A DNA stretch of 64,000 nucleotides from Candidatus Omnitrophota bacterium (GTDB lineage Bacteria > Omnitrophota > Gorgyraeia > Zapsychrales > Zapsychraceae). Both the position numbers and the translations under genes were made by a program. The DNA lies in assembly GCA_029261055.1 (NCBI GenBank), contig JAJDCA010000026.1, forward strand, positions 5,747 through 69,746, given 5' to 3'. Shown here in pieces: positions 39,801 to 49,173 of the stretch (position 1 is its first letter; each line of letters begins with the position of its first letter). The notes beneath the pieces are model-generated. The model had not been told where the DNA came from. It worked only from the letters and a program-made list of their open reading frames with translations, and did not search any database.

Positions 39801-42800
39801 GATGCTAGAAAGGCGCTTAACGAAATCCCGGAGATTCTTGGTTTAGGGAAGATTGATTTTCATTCTGAGGCGTATGATGATGCCATGCTGACGGATGAAG
39901 GAAAAAAGAAAATTAGAACGGAGCGGGTCATCAATGGGCTTTTAGATCTTGTGGTTCCGGAGAGTTTAAAAGAAAGCGGCTTGGAGGGGGTAAGGGGCGT
40001 TATTACGCAAGTAGTTAACATAATGGAAAAAGAATGGAGTGTAAAATATTTAGAGGATACGGCATCAAAACTTGAAAAACAATTTGATGATAAATTCGCA
40101 GAAACGGAAGAAATATCAGAGAGTTATGCGCATGTAATTAAGATGTTGGAAAAAGAACATGATACTCTTGATAACGATGGAAGAGCCGTTCAACATGATT
40201 TGATTCAAACACAATTTTCTGAACTGATTGAGTCCGCAATTAATGCGTATAATGATGTTGGCAAATCGTATGCGAGATCAAAAAATATTATTTTAATATT
40301 TAGAGACGAAATAAATAGAATCCAAGTAGAAAATGAAACGAAACAATTAAAAGAAAGTGATTTTAAGAAAATAATCCATAAGGCGTTGAAGGCTACTTTT
40401 CAAAATACGCTAACGGAGGTAAGTAAGGAAAATAAAGATGCATTTGTCATCTTAAATTTTAGAACTTTAATAGATGTCATTAAAAATAAAGTGGATTCTA
40501 TTATCGAAAATATTGATGGTGACGATGAAATAGGGGAAAAAATTTATGAAATATTCAAGAATCCTCCTATGTCGGAAGCGGAGAAGGATAAGGTAGTATT
40601 CGAAGTGATTTATCCTGGGATCTTTCAATTGACAGAATATAAATTAAGTCATTCAGGTTTTGAGAAATTTCCTCACTTAGGTTTTGAGAGTCAGCCCGAA
40701 GAACTCTTTGAGGCTCTTTTTAAAAAAGTTAATAAGTCCAATTATGTGACGATACCTGTAGGGAGGTTTAGTCCGGAAGGGGACATCATTCAAAATGCTA
40801 TGAAAAGTCTTGTCGAGACAGGACAAGCCATAATTGACGGTGACATAATTGGTTTGGATGAGCCGATAGAGACAGGGTTTAAGGCAAATGATAAAGATGA
40901 TTTAGAGGACATCAGGGGAATTATGCATAACATAAAGGTTAAATTTGATAATATTACGAAGAATTTTGAGGAAAGAATTCAAAAATCAAAAGGTTTTGGC
41001 GGTAATGATCAAATTCGAGATGATTTAAAGGAATTTATTTCTAAGAATGAAATGTCTCCTTATTTGATAAGATCGATTGCGAGTATATTTGACTACATAA
41101 TCAATCATTATCTCACTGTTGGTTCAGAGCTTGATAATTCTTTTTACGAATTAGCGCATGGTTTAAATATGAGGATTGTCGGTATTAAAAAAGATGGTCA
41201 TAAGATTTTTGTAGAAGCATGGGGTAAACACGGAGCCATTTATAAGTGGAGAGAATGGACAGATGACTTGGCGAAGGATATTGCTAAGGATACTATTGAA
41301 ATAATTCATCAGAGTAAGGACAGGTCTATGGCCACAGGAAAATTGGTTGCTTTTAAGGTGCAAAAAAAATATGGGGAAGGCAATTCTCTGAAAGTAGGAG
41401 AGGCTGTTATTGAAAAGTTAAGAGAGCAAGGCGTTACACTTTCTGATTTTAATGATTTTACGATTACTTTAAAGGGAAATCTGGGGGATGGGAAGAGTAG
41501 GGCGATTAGTATTAAATTTGCCGATGTTTCTTTTTCACAGGATGACGGCGCAGTTCATATTAAAAGTAGTGACCATTTTTTGGCATGGGAGCAAAGTTTA
41601 GATGACACTAGTGTGGAGTTTGAAGGACATTTAAAGGATGATAAAGATAATACGATAAAGAGTGAGGTCTCCGATAGTTCCATGATTGTGGAAGAGTGGA
41701 TTGGAAAGAAAATTGTTGGATGGGTTATGAATGAGAAGGCGGATCCAGAAGTTAACTTTATAAAGATGGATGCTTTATTGGAGTATCTTAAAGGGGAAGA
41801 TATTATTTCTTTTCCTGAAACTGAAGATTTGCGTGCATTTTTGTTAGAGTATGGTGCTGAAAGTACGGATGTTAAGGTCGAAGGGACCAATGAAATGTTT
41901 TATGTTTCTCAATTTAAAGGGCAGGAATTTTTAGCCTGGAATCAAAGTGTAAAACTTTACAAGTCGTTAATGGTTTTTACGCATATGGATGGTATTCCGC
42001 AAGAAGATTGGGGTAGCCCTGTTCAATTTTTATTTCATTATTTAAAGGTAAAAAAAGAAAAAAGGGACGGATTTGTTAGGAAAATTTTAGAAATAATTCT
42101 AAAAGAAAATGGTTTGTATCAGGAATCATTGAGCGATGTGCAAATTGTGGGTAAAGTAAGACCCATCCTTCAAAAAATTGAAAAAACTTTTGAGCCTAAT
42201 GAGACAGTTGTTAAGGGGGTGTTCTATACAGAATTAGTTCAGTTTTCAGAAGGTTTAAAAAAAGAAGAAAACGGAAATATTTATCCTGATGAGTTGATGA
42301 AACGGCATATTGACGCCGTTATTTCTCGCCTCATGGAAGGGCGCGTATTTGAGCGTATTTCTTTTTTATTAGATAAATACCGAATGAATAATACAAATTT
42401 AAAAGGTTTGAATACGATATTAAAGTGGGTGACCGAAAAACAAGAAGACAATGCCATGAGGTCTGAAGGGCGGGAAAAGATTGAGGCTATTGCGGATGAG
42501 GTGAAAAAACGGCTAAATTCTAAAGAATATGTGGATGTGTTACGGTTATTTAATAGATTTTTGAACGTACATCAGGAAATGAAAACAAAATGGGAAGAAG
42601 AGGTATTGCCTGAGGTGACTCTTGAAAATGAAAGAGATCTCTTAAGATGGAGTTTTAAAGATAATTTAGAAAAGATGTTAAATATTTTGGAAATCATGAG
42701 AGATAAAATTGTTTATAATAATGAGTATTATGCGTATGAATCTCAAGAAACCATAGGTGTGTTCGTCAATGAATGGGATGGGCAAGGTAAAATGTCGCTT

Positions 42801-44075
42801 TTTACGACAGGTGATATACTTCATGATATGGAGTTAGTCGTAAGAGACGTGGTGATTGGCGGTATGATTGAAAAAGTATTAAACGAAGAAAAAATTATCT
42901 TAGTGTCAGGAGATATGCCGATAAATAAAGTCGATATTCATGATATGGAATTGAAGGGTGAAGCTAGCTATGATGAAATACTAGAAAGATTAAATCATAA
43001 TCTTAACGCATTCAATAAAAGTAGGCCTATTAAAATAAATGGCTATTCTGTTTTTCATGTTGATGATGTGGCCAGAATTTTATTTTCTTTGAAAGGAAAG
43101 AGGAAAAAGGGTGAGAAAATTAATAGAAGAAAGAAGAAAATAAATATGCCTTTTTCACATAAAAAGTTGTCTAATTTTGTGTATGACGCGTATAAAACGA
43201 AATATGTAAAAAAATACACAAGAATAGAAAAAATGGAGTTGGGGTGGATACGAGAGAAATTAGAGAATTTTGAGCTGTTGGAAAAGAAAGATTTCGATGT
43301 AGTTCTTAATATTGAGAGACTCGATGGTGAGCTTAGAAGAAAGCTTAATGAAAAAATTAATGTTTTGTTTGGAAGTGAAATTAAGCTGGACAATAATCTT
43401 AAGAAAGATACTAAATTGGATATTATTAAGGCTATTCGATGGGATACATTCTTTAGCGTGGTTGATTCTATTGTTACGAGGAAGGATTCTCGAGTAGATG
43501 GTGGGACCATAGATATGGCGGTAGATATTTATCAAGAGTATGTTAAAAAAAGAGAGAGTATCTTTATTAATATTGAGGTAAAGGCTTTGTTGGCGGATGT
43601 GCCCATGCTTGACAAACAAGGCATTGAATATGCTTTGGACAATATTATTTTATTGGGGCAGCGGGGAAGAATAATTGTTCCGGGGTTGTATGGTGAACGT
43701 TTTTATGAGCTTTTAGAATCAGCCAGAGTTATTGGAGCAATCGACCGTGCAATGTTCGAGATGACAGGTGAGGTCGAAAAACAAGTTAATAAAATTAAGA
43801 AGGTCGGTGGTATTAACCTTGATGCGGCGATGTTGGATTTGCAGATTAGGCGGGACGGGAATGGGGTGCCGTTGCCGGTTGCGGAGCAGGATTTCTCAAC
43901 GATACATATTGAAGGAGTTTTTCCGGTTTTTATTAATGCGACGCCAGTGAGTATTCCTCTCCTGTTGGGTTTTGCGGATGAAGCCGTTCCTGTCGGGTGT
44001 CCGTCTGATGAAGAAAGTCTCCATTGTGACCAAGCTTTGATTTTCAGTAAGCCGGAAGAAGAGATTGTTTTGTAG
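36888..44075 (+). CDS. Giant 2395-aa protein. A signal peptide/anchor and a conserved roughly 360-aa N-terminal module precede an AT-rich Lys/Glu/Asn/Ile-rich region of about 2000 aa of unknown function
   Basis: One continuous ORF with RBS AGGAG. The N-terminal module is roughly 75-90% identical to the N-terminus of the ORF starting at 61738. Confidence 0.8.
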   Translation: MNIYIKKQRFCSIYRILSAFIAVAFLTTTIVPQGYANTVISAPLSGINLPVPGTMLGMTESFTPVMVKGVTIHPDNPLRFDFIVDTGNTELGQGDALQEETTKLVKYFLAALTVPEKEMWVNLSPYEKDRIIADGLGQTDMGRDMLAQDYLLKQVTASLMYPEEELGEKFWTRVYARAQEEFGTTDIPMNTFNKVWIVPEKAVVFEDEKTSSTYVLESHLKVMLEEDYEAMEHNVDRRGLIHQTQDKGMINHAPTDIIRELLIPEIEKEVNQGKTFANLRQIYNSMILAAWYKQNLKDSLLGKIYMDQNKTKGIDTEDKQITQKIYDQYISSFKKGVYDYIKEDYDSATQQVVPRKYFSGGLKMGIDLSMLDTKKGRGNITRLDAENVGEILKFGYDMVDLGMGSAKIVKIKQAINNATYGDNSMVASEQGLKISQYIREGFDSDVEREKRAAVIEALYDHVDVLRKQFKSASAVADLPVFFRTISDYLENEAFLEILKEKVLTEEKYNTRISTEDDFLKVIAEFKEILEIKSSSTIVESGVWTAVEKIAEISFYFSGLHETKWSATYHKSNIAMFLAEGIMAESKDVEKEKKIKENALNLLEGTKSLFDRILLNEKNEEYTDVFKNLNQKLVNNIKILDLESEAAKLQYSLEEYEEDLDAFENNLNQHLFDVFQEFMGDIPKVDGFIKEVRKTLNNIQNKTGSRLKLIAEELNKAIDALELDVAMSTEVTSLSDEGVKLTQWDDMDEWILAGGSGWGSTYNRDQEIHDGNSYFTDTAIEEIYYRDKINSSGKVMVIKLKLKVIETIVKDKKIDINVPEVIIETNENKEFDIVVNADKRKINFMIWKAKYNITIVFKDSNSEFQKIFLNFDKYQNIMKNPESFRKIIQDKFIASEYLVKLVEEKLGEIVQDATNSLDPIELNSIMSEINNVKEILTQEKENTEFLNKIKQKLKNLFLAMGSVNRRKKIEFIDARKALNEIPEILGLGKIDFHSEAYDDAMLTDEGKKKIRTERVINGLLDLVVPESLKESGLEGVRGVITQVVNIMEKEWSVKYLEDTASKLEKQFDDKFAETEEISESYAHVIKMLEKEHDTLDNDGRAVQHDLIQTQFSELIESAINAYNDVGKSYARSKNIILIFRDEINRIQVENETKQLKESDFKKIIHKALKATFQNTLTEVSKENKDAFVILNFRTLIDVIKNKVDSIIENIDGDDEIGEKIYEIFKNPPMSEAEKDKVVFEVIYPGIFQLTEYKLSHSGFEKFPHLGFESQPEELFEALFKKVNKSNYVTIPVGRFSPEGDIIQNAMKSLVETGQAIIDGDIIGLDEPIETGFKANDKDDLEDIRGIMHNIKVKFDNITKNFEERIQKSKGFGGNDQIRDDLKEFISKNEMSPYLIRSIASIFDYIINHYLTVGSELDNSFYELAHGLNMRIVGIKKDGHKIFVEAWGKHGAIYKWREWTDDLAKDIAKDTIEIIHQSKDRSMATGKLVAFKVQKKYGEGNSLKVGEAVIEKLREQGVTLSDFNDFTITLKGNLGDGKSRAISIKFADVSFSQDDGAVHIKSSDHFLAWEQSLDDTSVEFEGHLKDDKDNTIKSEVSDSSMIVEEWIGKKIVGWVMNEKADPEVNFIKMDALLEYLKGEDIISFPETEDLRAFLLEYGAESTDVKVEGTNEMFYVSQFKGQEFLAWNQSVKLYKSLMVFTHMDGIPQEDWGSPVQFLFHYLKVKKEKRDGFVRKILEIILKENGLYQESLSDVQIVGKVRPILQKIEKTFEPNETVVKGVFYTELVQFSEGLKKEENGNIYPDELMKRHIDAVISRLMEGRVFERISFLLDKYRMNNTNLKGLNTILKWVTEKQEDNAMRSEGREKIEAIADEVKKRLNSKEYVDVLRLFNRFLNVHQEMKTKWEEEVLPEVTLENERDLLRWSFKDNLEKMLNILEIMRDKIVYNNEYYAYESQETIGVFVNEWDGQGKMSLFTTGDILHDMELVVRDVVIGGMIEKVLNEEKIILVSGDMPINKVDIHDMELKGEASYDEILERLNHNLNAFNKSRPIKINGYSVFHVDDVARILFSLKGKRKKGEKINRRKKKINMPFSHKKLSNFVYDAYKTKYVKKYTRIEKMELGWIREKLENFELLEKKDFDVVLNIERLDGELRRKLNEKINVLFGSEIKLDNNLKKDTKLDIIKAIRWDTFFSVVDSIVTRKDSRVDGGTIDMAVDIYQEYVKKRESIFINIEVKALLADVPMLDKQGIEYALDNIILLGQRGRIIVPGLYGERFYELLESARVIGAIDRAMFEMTGEVEKQVNKIKKVGGINLDAAMLDLQIRRDGNGVPLPVAEQDFSTIHIEGVFPVFINATPVSIPLLLGFADEAVPVGCPSDEESLHCDQALIFSKPEEEIVL

Positions 44076-44140
44076 GTGGATTTGGTGGATATTTTCTTTA
44101 TGACGATTTTGACCAAAGTAGAAAAATCTTGCGTTATTTT

Positions 44141-44156
44141 TTGACTTTGGTATAAT
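44141..44156 (+). promoter_or_regulatory. Extended -10 promoter TGGTATAAT, 6 nt before ATG 44163 (likely a leaderless transcript)
   Basis: TGGTATAAT at 44148-44156 with no RBS; the start codon sits at the expected transcription start site. Confidence 0.4.
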
Positions 44157-44162
44157 TTCTTC

Positions 44163-45344
44163 ATGTTGCGTGATCGTTATTTACATCAGCCGATTTTGTC
44201 AGATCTAAAAACCCACATGGTTTTTATGGGAGGTCCCCGCCAGGTAGGAAAGACCACGTTAGCAAAATATATTGGAAAACAGCATTTTCCACACACCTAT
44301 TTAAACTGGGATAGTCGGGAGGATAAAAAAACAATCCTTGCACGGACATTTCCCGGTCCATCCAAGCTTATCATTTTTGATGAAATCCATAAATATCGTC
44401 CCTGGAAAAATTATCTAAAGGGGGAGTTTGATAAATATAAAGACAGGTTTTCCATTATGGTTACCGGAAGCGCCCGTTTGGACCTTTATCGAAAGGGGGG
44501 AGACTCTCTTATGGGGCGATATCATTATTACCGTCTTCATCCTTTTTCTGTTGCCGAAGTTTTTACACCACAGGGGCTGTCTGTGGAAGCCGGAAAAGAG
44601 TTAGTTTTTTCTAATTCTTTAGATAAAAAACGGCAAAAGATTTTTAAAGATCTTTTTAAGTTTGGCGGGTTCCCCGAACCTTTTTTGAGTAAAGATGCTA
44701 AAACACTGCGGCGTTTTCATAATGAACGATTGGACCGACTTGTTAAGGAAGATATTCGTGATGTTGAAACACTGAGAGATCTTTCCGCCATTCAGATTCT
44801 TGTGGAAATGCTTCCTGAAAAAGTGGGATCGCTTTTGTCCATTAATTCGTTAAGAGAAGATCTTCAGGTGACGCATAAAACAATTTCGCTGTGGATGGAT
44901 ATTTTAGAGCGGTTTTATTATCATTTTCGGATACGTCCTTTTTCAGCCAGACGTATCCAGTCGTTGAGGAAAGAACCTAAGATGTACCTTTGGGATTGGT
45001 CTCAGTTAGAGGATGAAGGGGCTAAGTTTGAGAATATCATTGCTTCACATCTTTTAAAATTTGTGCATTTTCTGTACGATACCGAAGGGTATAAAGCAGA
45101 ACTTTATTTTTTACGTGACACAGCCGGCCGTGAGGTTGATTTTCTTGTGACGATTAATAAAAAACCATGGTTTGCTGTGGAAGCTAAACTATCTTCTTCA
45201 AAAATATCCCCGCATTTAAAATATTTTCATGAACGCCTTACTATTCCGTATGTTTACCAGGTTGTCAAAGCGCCTGATATTGATTTTTTTAAAGATAGTT
45301 TCCGTGTCATCAGTGCAGATAAATTCTTAAGTGCATTGGTCTGA
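44163..45344 (+). CDS. AAA+ family ATPase with a C-terminal DUF4143 domain (COG1373-like)
   Basis: Walker A GGPRQVGKTT; Walker B LIIFDEIH; characteristic C-terminal DUF4143-like region. Confidence 0.7.
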   Translation: MLRDRYLHQPILSDLKTHMVFMGGPRQVGKTTLAKYIGKQHFPHTYLNWDSREDKKTILARTFPGPSKLIIFDEIHKYRPWKNYLKGEFDKYKDRFSIMVTGSARLDLYRKGGDSLMGRYHYYRLHPFSVAEVFTPQGLSVEAGKELVFSNSLDKKRQKIFKDLFKFGGFPEPFLSKDAKTLRRFHNERLDRLVKEDIRDVETLRDLSAIQILVEMLPEKVGSLLSINSLREDLQVTHKTISLWMDILERFYYHFRIRPFSARRIQSLRKEPKMYLWDWSQLEDEGAKFENIIASHLLKFVHFLYDTEGYKAELYFLRDTAGREVDFLVTINKKPWFAVEAKLSSSKISPHLKYFHERLTIPYVYQVVKAPDIDFFKDSFRVISADKFLSALV

Positions 45345-45424
45345 TCTCCACGACATTTCCGTTGTTTATTTATCGATATTTGGTAGAATGGCACGCGTAC
45401 TAAATTTAATTTTGAAGTAACCAT

Positions 45425-45482
45425 AAACAGACCTCGAGGGATTGCCTGGGTTATTCGATAACAACCCCCCGAGGACTGTTTA
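45425..45482. repeat. Imperfect inverted repeat AAACAGACCTCGAGGG ... CCCCCCGAGGACTGTTT (about 14/16-bp stem)
   Basis: Related to the 27-bp-arm hairpin at 57552-57619. Confidence 0.5.
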
Positions 45483-45507
45483 TTTATTTTGAAGAACTTG
45501 GATACTT

Positions 45508-46887
45508 ATGAAAACTAAGACCTTATTTGTTTGTCAAGAATGTGGGACGCAATCGCCGCGATGGGTGGGGAAGTGTTCGGGCTGTAATAGCTGGAATTCT
45601 TTTGTAGAGGAAAGTGTTGTGTCAAGTCGTCCTGGAAAAGGGGCGGGATTTTTAAAGGACGAGCCTGTTTTATTGACGGATGTTGTGATTGATCACGAAA
45701 AACGGTTGATGACGGGCATAGGGGAATTTGATACGGTTTTAGGGGGTGGTGTTGTACCGGGATCGGTAACGCTTATTGGCGGTGATCCAGGTATTGGAAA
45801 ATCGACTTTGTCGCTTCAAGCGGCATGTGCTTTAAGTCAAAAAAAACACAAGGTTCTTTACATCAGCGGGGAGGAATCTGTCAAACAGTCGCGCATGCGA
45901 GCCCAGCGTTTAATGGGGGCTATGGATGGGGCTGCTGAAGAAGCGATGAGTTCGCTGTACATTGTTAATCAGGTGGACTTAGATATTATTTTAGAATACA
46001 TAAAAAAAATGAAGCCGGCGGTTGTGGTGATTGATTCTATTCAGGTGATGGGCTGTTCATCTGTAGCTTCTTCTCCGGGGAGTGTTAGCCAGGTGAGAGA
46101 ATGTTCGGCGATGTTAACGCAGTCGGCTAAGTCTTTGGGCATATCATTATTTATTATTGGTCATGTCACTAAGGAAGGTATGTTGGCTGGTCCACGCGTG
46201 TTAGAACATATTGTGGATACGGTATTGTATTTTGAAGGGGAACGTTATTCTACGTATCGGGTTTTGCGGGCCACTAAAAATCGTTTTGGATCGACGAATG
46301 AAATCGGTGTGTTTGAAATGGTGTCTACGGGGTTAGCCGAAGTGCCTAATCCATCGGAAATATTTTTATCTGAGCGTCCTCATGATGCGAGTGGTTCTGT
46401 GGTGGTTCCAATTATGGAAGGAACACGGCCTTTGCTTATTGAGGTGCAAGGATTGGTCAGTCGTGCCAGTTATGGAATCGCCCGCCAGAAGAGCCAGGGC
46501 TTTGATAGCAATCGTTTAGCTTTGCTTGTTGCTGTTTTGGAAAAAAGGATCGGTTTGAATTTGCAAGATCAAGATGTTTTTCTCAATATGGTCGGTGGTG
46601 TTAAAGTGGTGGACCCGGCCGCTGATCTAGCGGTTACAGTGGCTATTGCTTCTGCTTTTTTAGATAAGCCAGTTCCTTTTGATACGGCCGTTTTGGGGGA
46701 AGTGGGTTTATCATCGGAAGTACGCAGTGTTAGTCAGATACTGTCGCGCATTAATGAGGCTGCCAAATTAGGTTTTAAGAGATGCATCCTTCCTAAAAAT
46801 AATTTGAAAGCAGGGATTGATTTAAAAAAACAAAACTTAGAAATTGTCGCTGTAGAAAGTGTCCGGGAAGCACTGGATAAGTTGTGA
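45508..46887 (+). CDS. radA: DNA repair protein RadA
   Basis: N-terminal C4 zinc finger CQECGTQSPRWVGKCSGCNSWNS; Walker A GDPGIGKST; KNRFG motif; C-terminal Lon-like domain. Confidence 0.9.
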   Translation: MKTKTLFVCQECGTQSPRWVGKCSGCNSWNSFVEESVVSSRPGKGAGFLKDEPVLLTDVVIDHEKRLMTGIGEFDTVLGGGVVPGSVTLIGGDPGIGKSTLSLQAACALSQKKHKVLYISGEESVKQSRMRAQRLMGAMDGAAEEAMSSLYIVNQVDLDIILEYIKKMKPAVVVIDSIQVMGCSSVASSPGSVSQVRECSAMLTQSAKSLGISLFIIGHVTKEGMLAGPRVLEHIVDTVLYFEGERYSTYRVLRATKNRFGSTNEIGVFEMVSTGLAEVPNPSEIFLSERPHDASGSVVVPIMEGTRPLLIEVQGLVSRASYGIARQKSQGFDSNRLALLVAVLEKRIGLNLQDQDVFLNMVGGVKVVDPAADLAVTVAIASAFLDKPVPFDTAVLGEVGLSSEVRSVSQILSRINEAAKLGFKRCILPKNNLKAGIDLKKQNLEIVAVESVREALDKL

Positions 46888-47008
46888 AAAAAAAGAAGTA
46901 AAGAAGCAGAGAGGCAAGAGGTAAAGGTACAAGAAGTAAAGAGGTAAGAGGCAGAGGTTAAAGTTTTTTCTTTGCTTCTCTATTTCTTACTCCTCTGCTT
47001 CTTTTAAC
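46888..47008. repeat. Purine-rich / pyrimidine-rich hairpin repeat directly 5' of the RBS of the PIN-TRAM gene
   Basis: GAAGTAAAGAAGCAGAGAGGCAAGAGGTAAAG ... CTTTGCTTCTCTATTTCTTACTCCTCTGCTTCTT. Confidence 0.6.
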
Positions 47009-47021
47009 CAAGGAGTCGCTG

Positions 47022-47999
47022 ATGACATTAATATTCATTCGTTTATTTTTTACCTTAATCATGGGGTTTTTGGGGTTTTATGTTGGAACGACAATGTATC
47101 AACCTTTGTATGGTTTTCTTTCCGGGTTAGGGTTTGGTTTATTTTTCATCGTAATGGAAATGAGCTTACGGCGGGTCTCTGTTCGCGGTTTGTCCAGTAT
47201 GGTTTTTGGCCTTTTGCTAGGGGTTTTTATGGCAAAATTAGTGGCTGATGTTTTGTCATTATTGCCTTTAAGTGAATTTGTTCAATCTATGTCTCGGGTT
47301 ATTTTGACATTTGTTTTTTCTTATTTGGGGGCGGTGATGGCGTTGAGAGGGAAGGATGAATTTAATGTTATTATTCCATACATTAAATTTCGGCGGGAAG
47401 GTATTAAGGAAGGGGTTATTCTTTTAGATACAAGTGCAATTATCGATGGAAAGATTTCAGATATTTATAAAACACATTTTTTAAGTGGACGTTTGGTTGT
47501 TTTAAGATCTGTTTTGCATGAATTACAAAAATTAGCAGACTCAGCGGATGACATCAAAAGACAACGGGGTCGTCGTGGGATGGAGTTATTGCGTCTTATG
47601 CAGCATGATTCCAAAATAGATATTCATATTCATGAGGATGAAATGGAAGAATCTATGGATGTTGATGCTCGTTTGGTGCGCATAGCAAAAGTAATGGATG
47701 CCAGAATTTGTACTATCGATTTTAATTTGGGAAAGATAGCGGCATTACAGGGGGTGGACATATTAAATATTCATGACTTGGTCAATGCAGCTAAGTTTGT
47801 TGTGTTTACCGGGGAACAATTTGAAATTAAGTTGGTTAAAGAAGGTAAAGAATCTAATCAGGCTGTGGGGTACATGAATGATGGCACCATGGTGGTGGTG
47901 CGTGATGCACAGGATTGTATTGGTGAGACAGTCAAAATTACGGTTACATCTGTTTTGCAAACGCAGGCCGGCAAAATGATTTTTGCGGATTTAATTTAA
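47022..47999 (+). CDS. yacL: PIN/TRAM domain membrane protein (YacL-like)
   Basis: Two N-terminal TM helices, a PIN domain (ILLDTSAIIDG) and a C-terminal TRAM; occupies the conserved position between radA and ispD. Confidence 0.75.
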   Translation: MTLIFIRLFFTLIMGFLGFYVGTTMYQPLYGFLSGLGFGLFFIVMEMSLRRVSVRGLSSMVFGLLLGVFMAKLVADVLSLLPLSEFVQSMSRVILTFVFSYLGAVMALRGKDEFNVIIPYIKFRREGIKEGVILLDTSAIIDGKISDIYKTHFLSGRLVVLRSVLHELQKLADSADDIKRQRGRRGMELLRLMQHDSKIDIHIHEDEMEESMDVDARLVRIAKVMDARICTIDFNLGKIAALQGVDILNIHDLVNAAKFVVFTGEQFEIKLVKEGKESNQAVGYMNDGTMVVVRDAQDCIGETVKITVTSVLQTQAGKMIFADLI

Positions 48000-48002
48000 A
48001 GA

Positions 48003-48692
48003 ATGAAGACCCAAGCTATTATTCCAACAGCCGGTTCAGGCTCACGATTTAACTCTACTCTTCCAAAATCACTTGTGACCGTGAGGGGAAAGCCTCTTTT
48101 TGTTTATGCCTTAGAGGTTCTTAAAAAGTCGCCTTTGATTGATAGTGTCGTGCTTGTTGTTCCTCAAGAACATCATGAAACATTTGAGAAAATTGTCGAG
48201 CAATCAGGTTTTACTCAAGAAGTAAAAATTGTTAACGGCGGTGCAACGCGGTGTGATTCTGTGGGATGCGGGCTTGAAGCTACGGATGCAGATACGGATA
48301 TCGTGCTTATTCATGATGGGGCACGTCCGCTTATTGGTTTAGATGTTGTTGAGGCATCTATTAAATTATGTGCACAAAAAGAAGCGGTTGTTGTCGCTGT
48401 TCCTGTCACTTCTACGATTAAGAAAATTGATACACAAAATATGTTGGTTCAAGAGACTTTAGCCAGAGAGGAACTTTGGGAAATTCAAACGCCGCAGGTT
48501 TTTAAAAGAGAAATTCTTCGAAGGGCGTATGTAGAAGTTAAAAATAAAAATGATCTTACAGACGACGCCTCTTTGGTGGAGCGGTTGGGGATGGGTATTA
48601 GTGTTTTAAAAGGGGATTATCGAAATATTAAAGTAACGACACCAGAAGACCTTTTTGTTCTTGAGTCTTTTCTTTCAGGAGAAAGAATATGA
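48003..48692 (+). CDS. ispD: 2-C-methyl-D-erythritol 4-phosphate cytidylyltransferase
   Basis: AIIPTAGSGSRF. Confidence 0.85.
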   Translation: MKTQAIIPTAGSGSRFNSTLPKSLVTVRGKPLFVYALEVLKKSPLIDSVVLVVPQEHHETFEKIVEQSGFTQEVKIVNGGATRCDSVGCGLEATDADTDIVLIHDGARPLIGLDVVEASIKLCAQKEAVVVAVPVTSTIKKIDTQNMLVQETLAREELWEIQTPQVFKREILRRAYVEVKNKNDLTDDASLVERLGMGISVLKGDYRNIKVTTPEDLFVLESFLSGERI

Positions 48693-49168
48693 AATTTAAA
48701 ACAGGCATAGGTTACGATATTCATCGTTTTGCCAAAGATCGTAAACTTGTTGTGGGGGGCGTAGAAATTCCTTATGAGAGAGGCCTTGAAGGGCATTCGG
48801 ATGCAGACGTTTTATTGCATGCCCTATGTGATGCTCTTTTAGGCGCTATTGGACAGGGCGATATTGGAGAGCATTTTCCAAATACAGACCCAGAGTACAA
48901 GGGTATTTCAAGTTTAATATTGTTAGAGAAGGTTAATACAATCGTTCATCAATCTGGTTATGCCATCGGTAATATTGATGCGGTTATTCAGGCCGAAGAA
49001 CCCAATCTTAAAGCTTACAAACCCAAGATGCGTGAGGTGATTGCCAAATATTTGACTATCGACGAATCGGCTGTTAATATTAAGGCCACCACCCAGGAGC
49101 GTTTGGGCGCAATCGGTAATAAAGAAGGCATGGCGGCTTTTGTATCGGTGTTGTTAGAAAAGAAATAA
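48689..49168 (+). CDS. ispF: 2-C-methyl-D-erythritol 2,4-cyclodiphosphate synthase
   Basis: GIGYDIHRF ... [10 protein letters not shown]. Confidence 0.9.
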   Translation: MKFKTGIGYDIHRFAKDRKLVVGGVEIPYERGLEGHSDADVLLHALCDALLGAIGQGDIGEHFPNTDPEYKGISSLILLEKVNTIVHQSGYAIGNIDAVIQAEEPNLKAYKPKMREVIAKYLTIDESAVNIKATTQERLGAIGNKEGMAAFVSVLLEKK

Positions 49169-49173
49169 ATATT

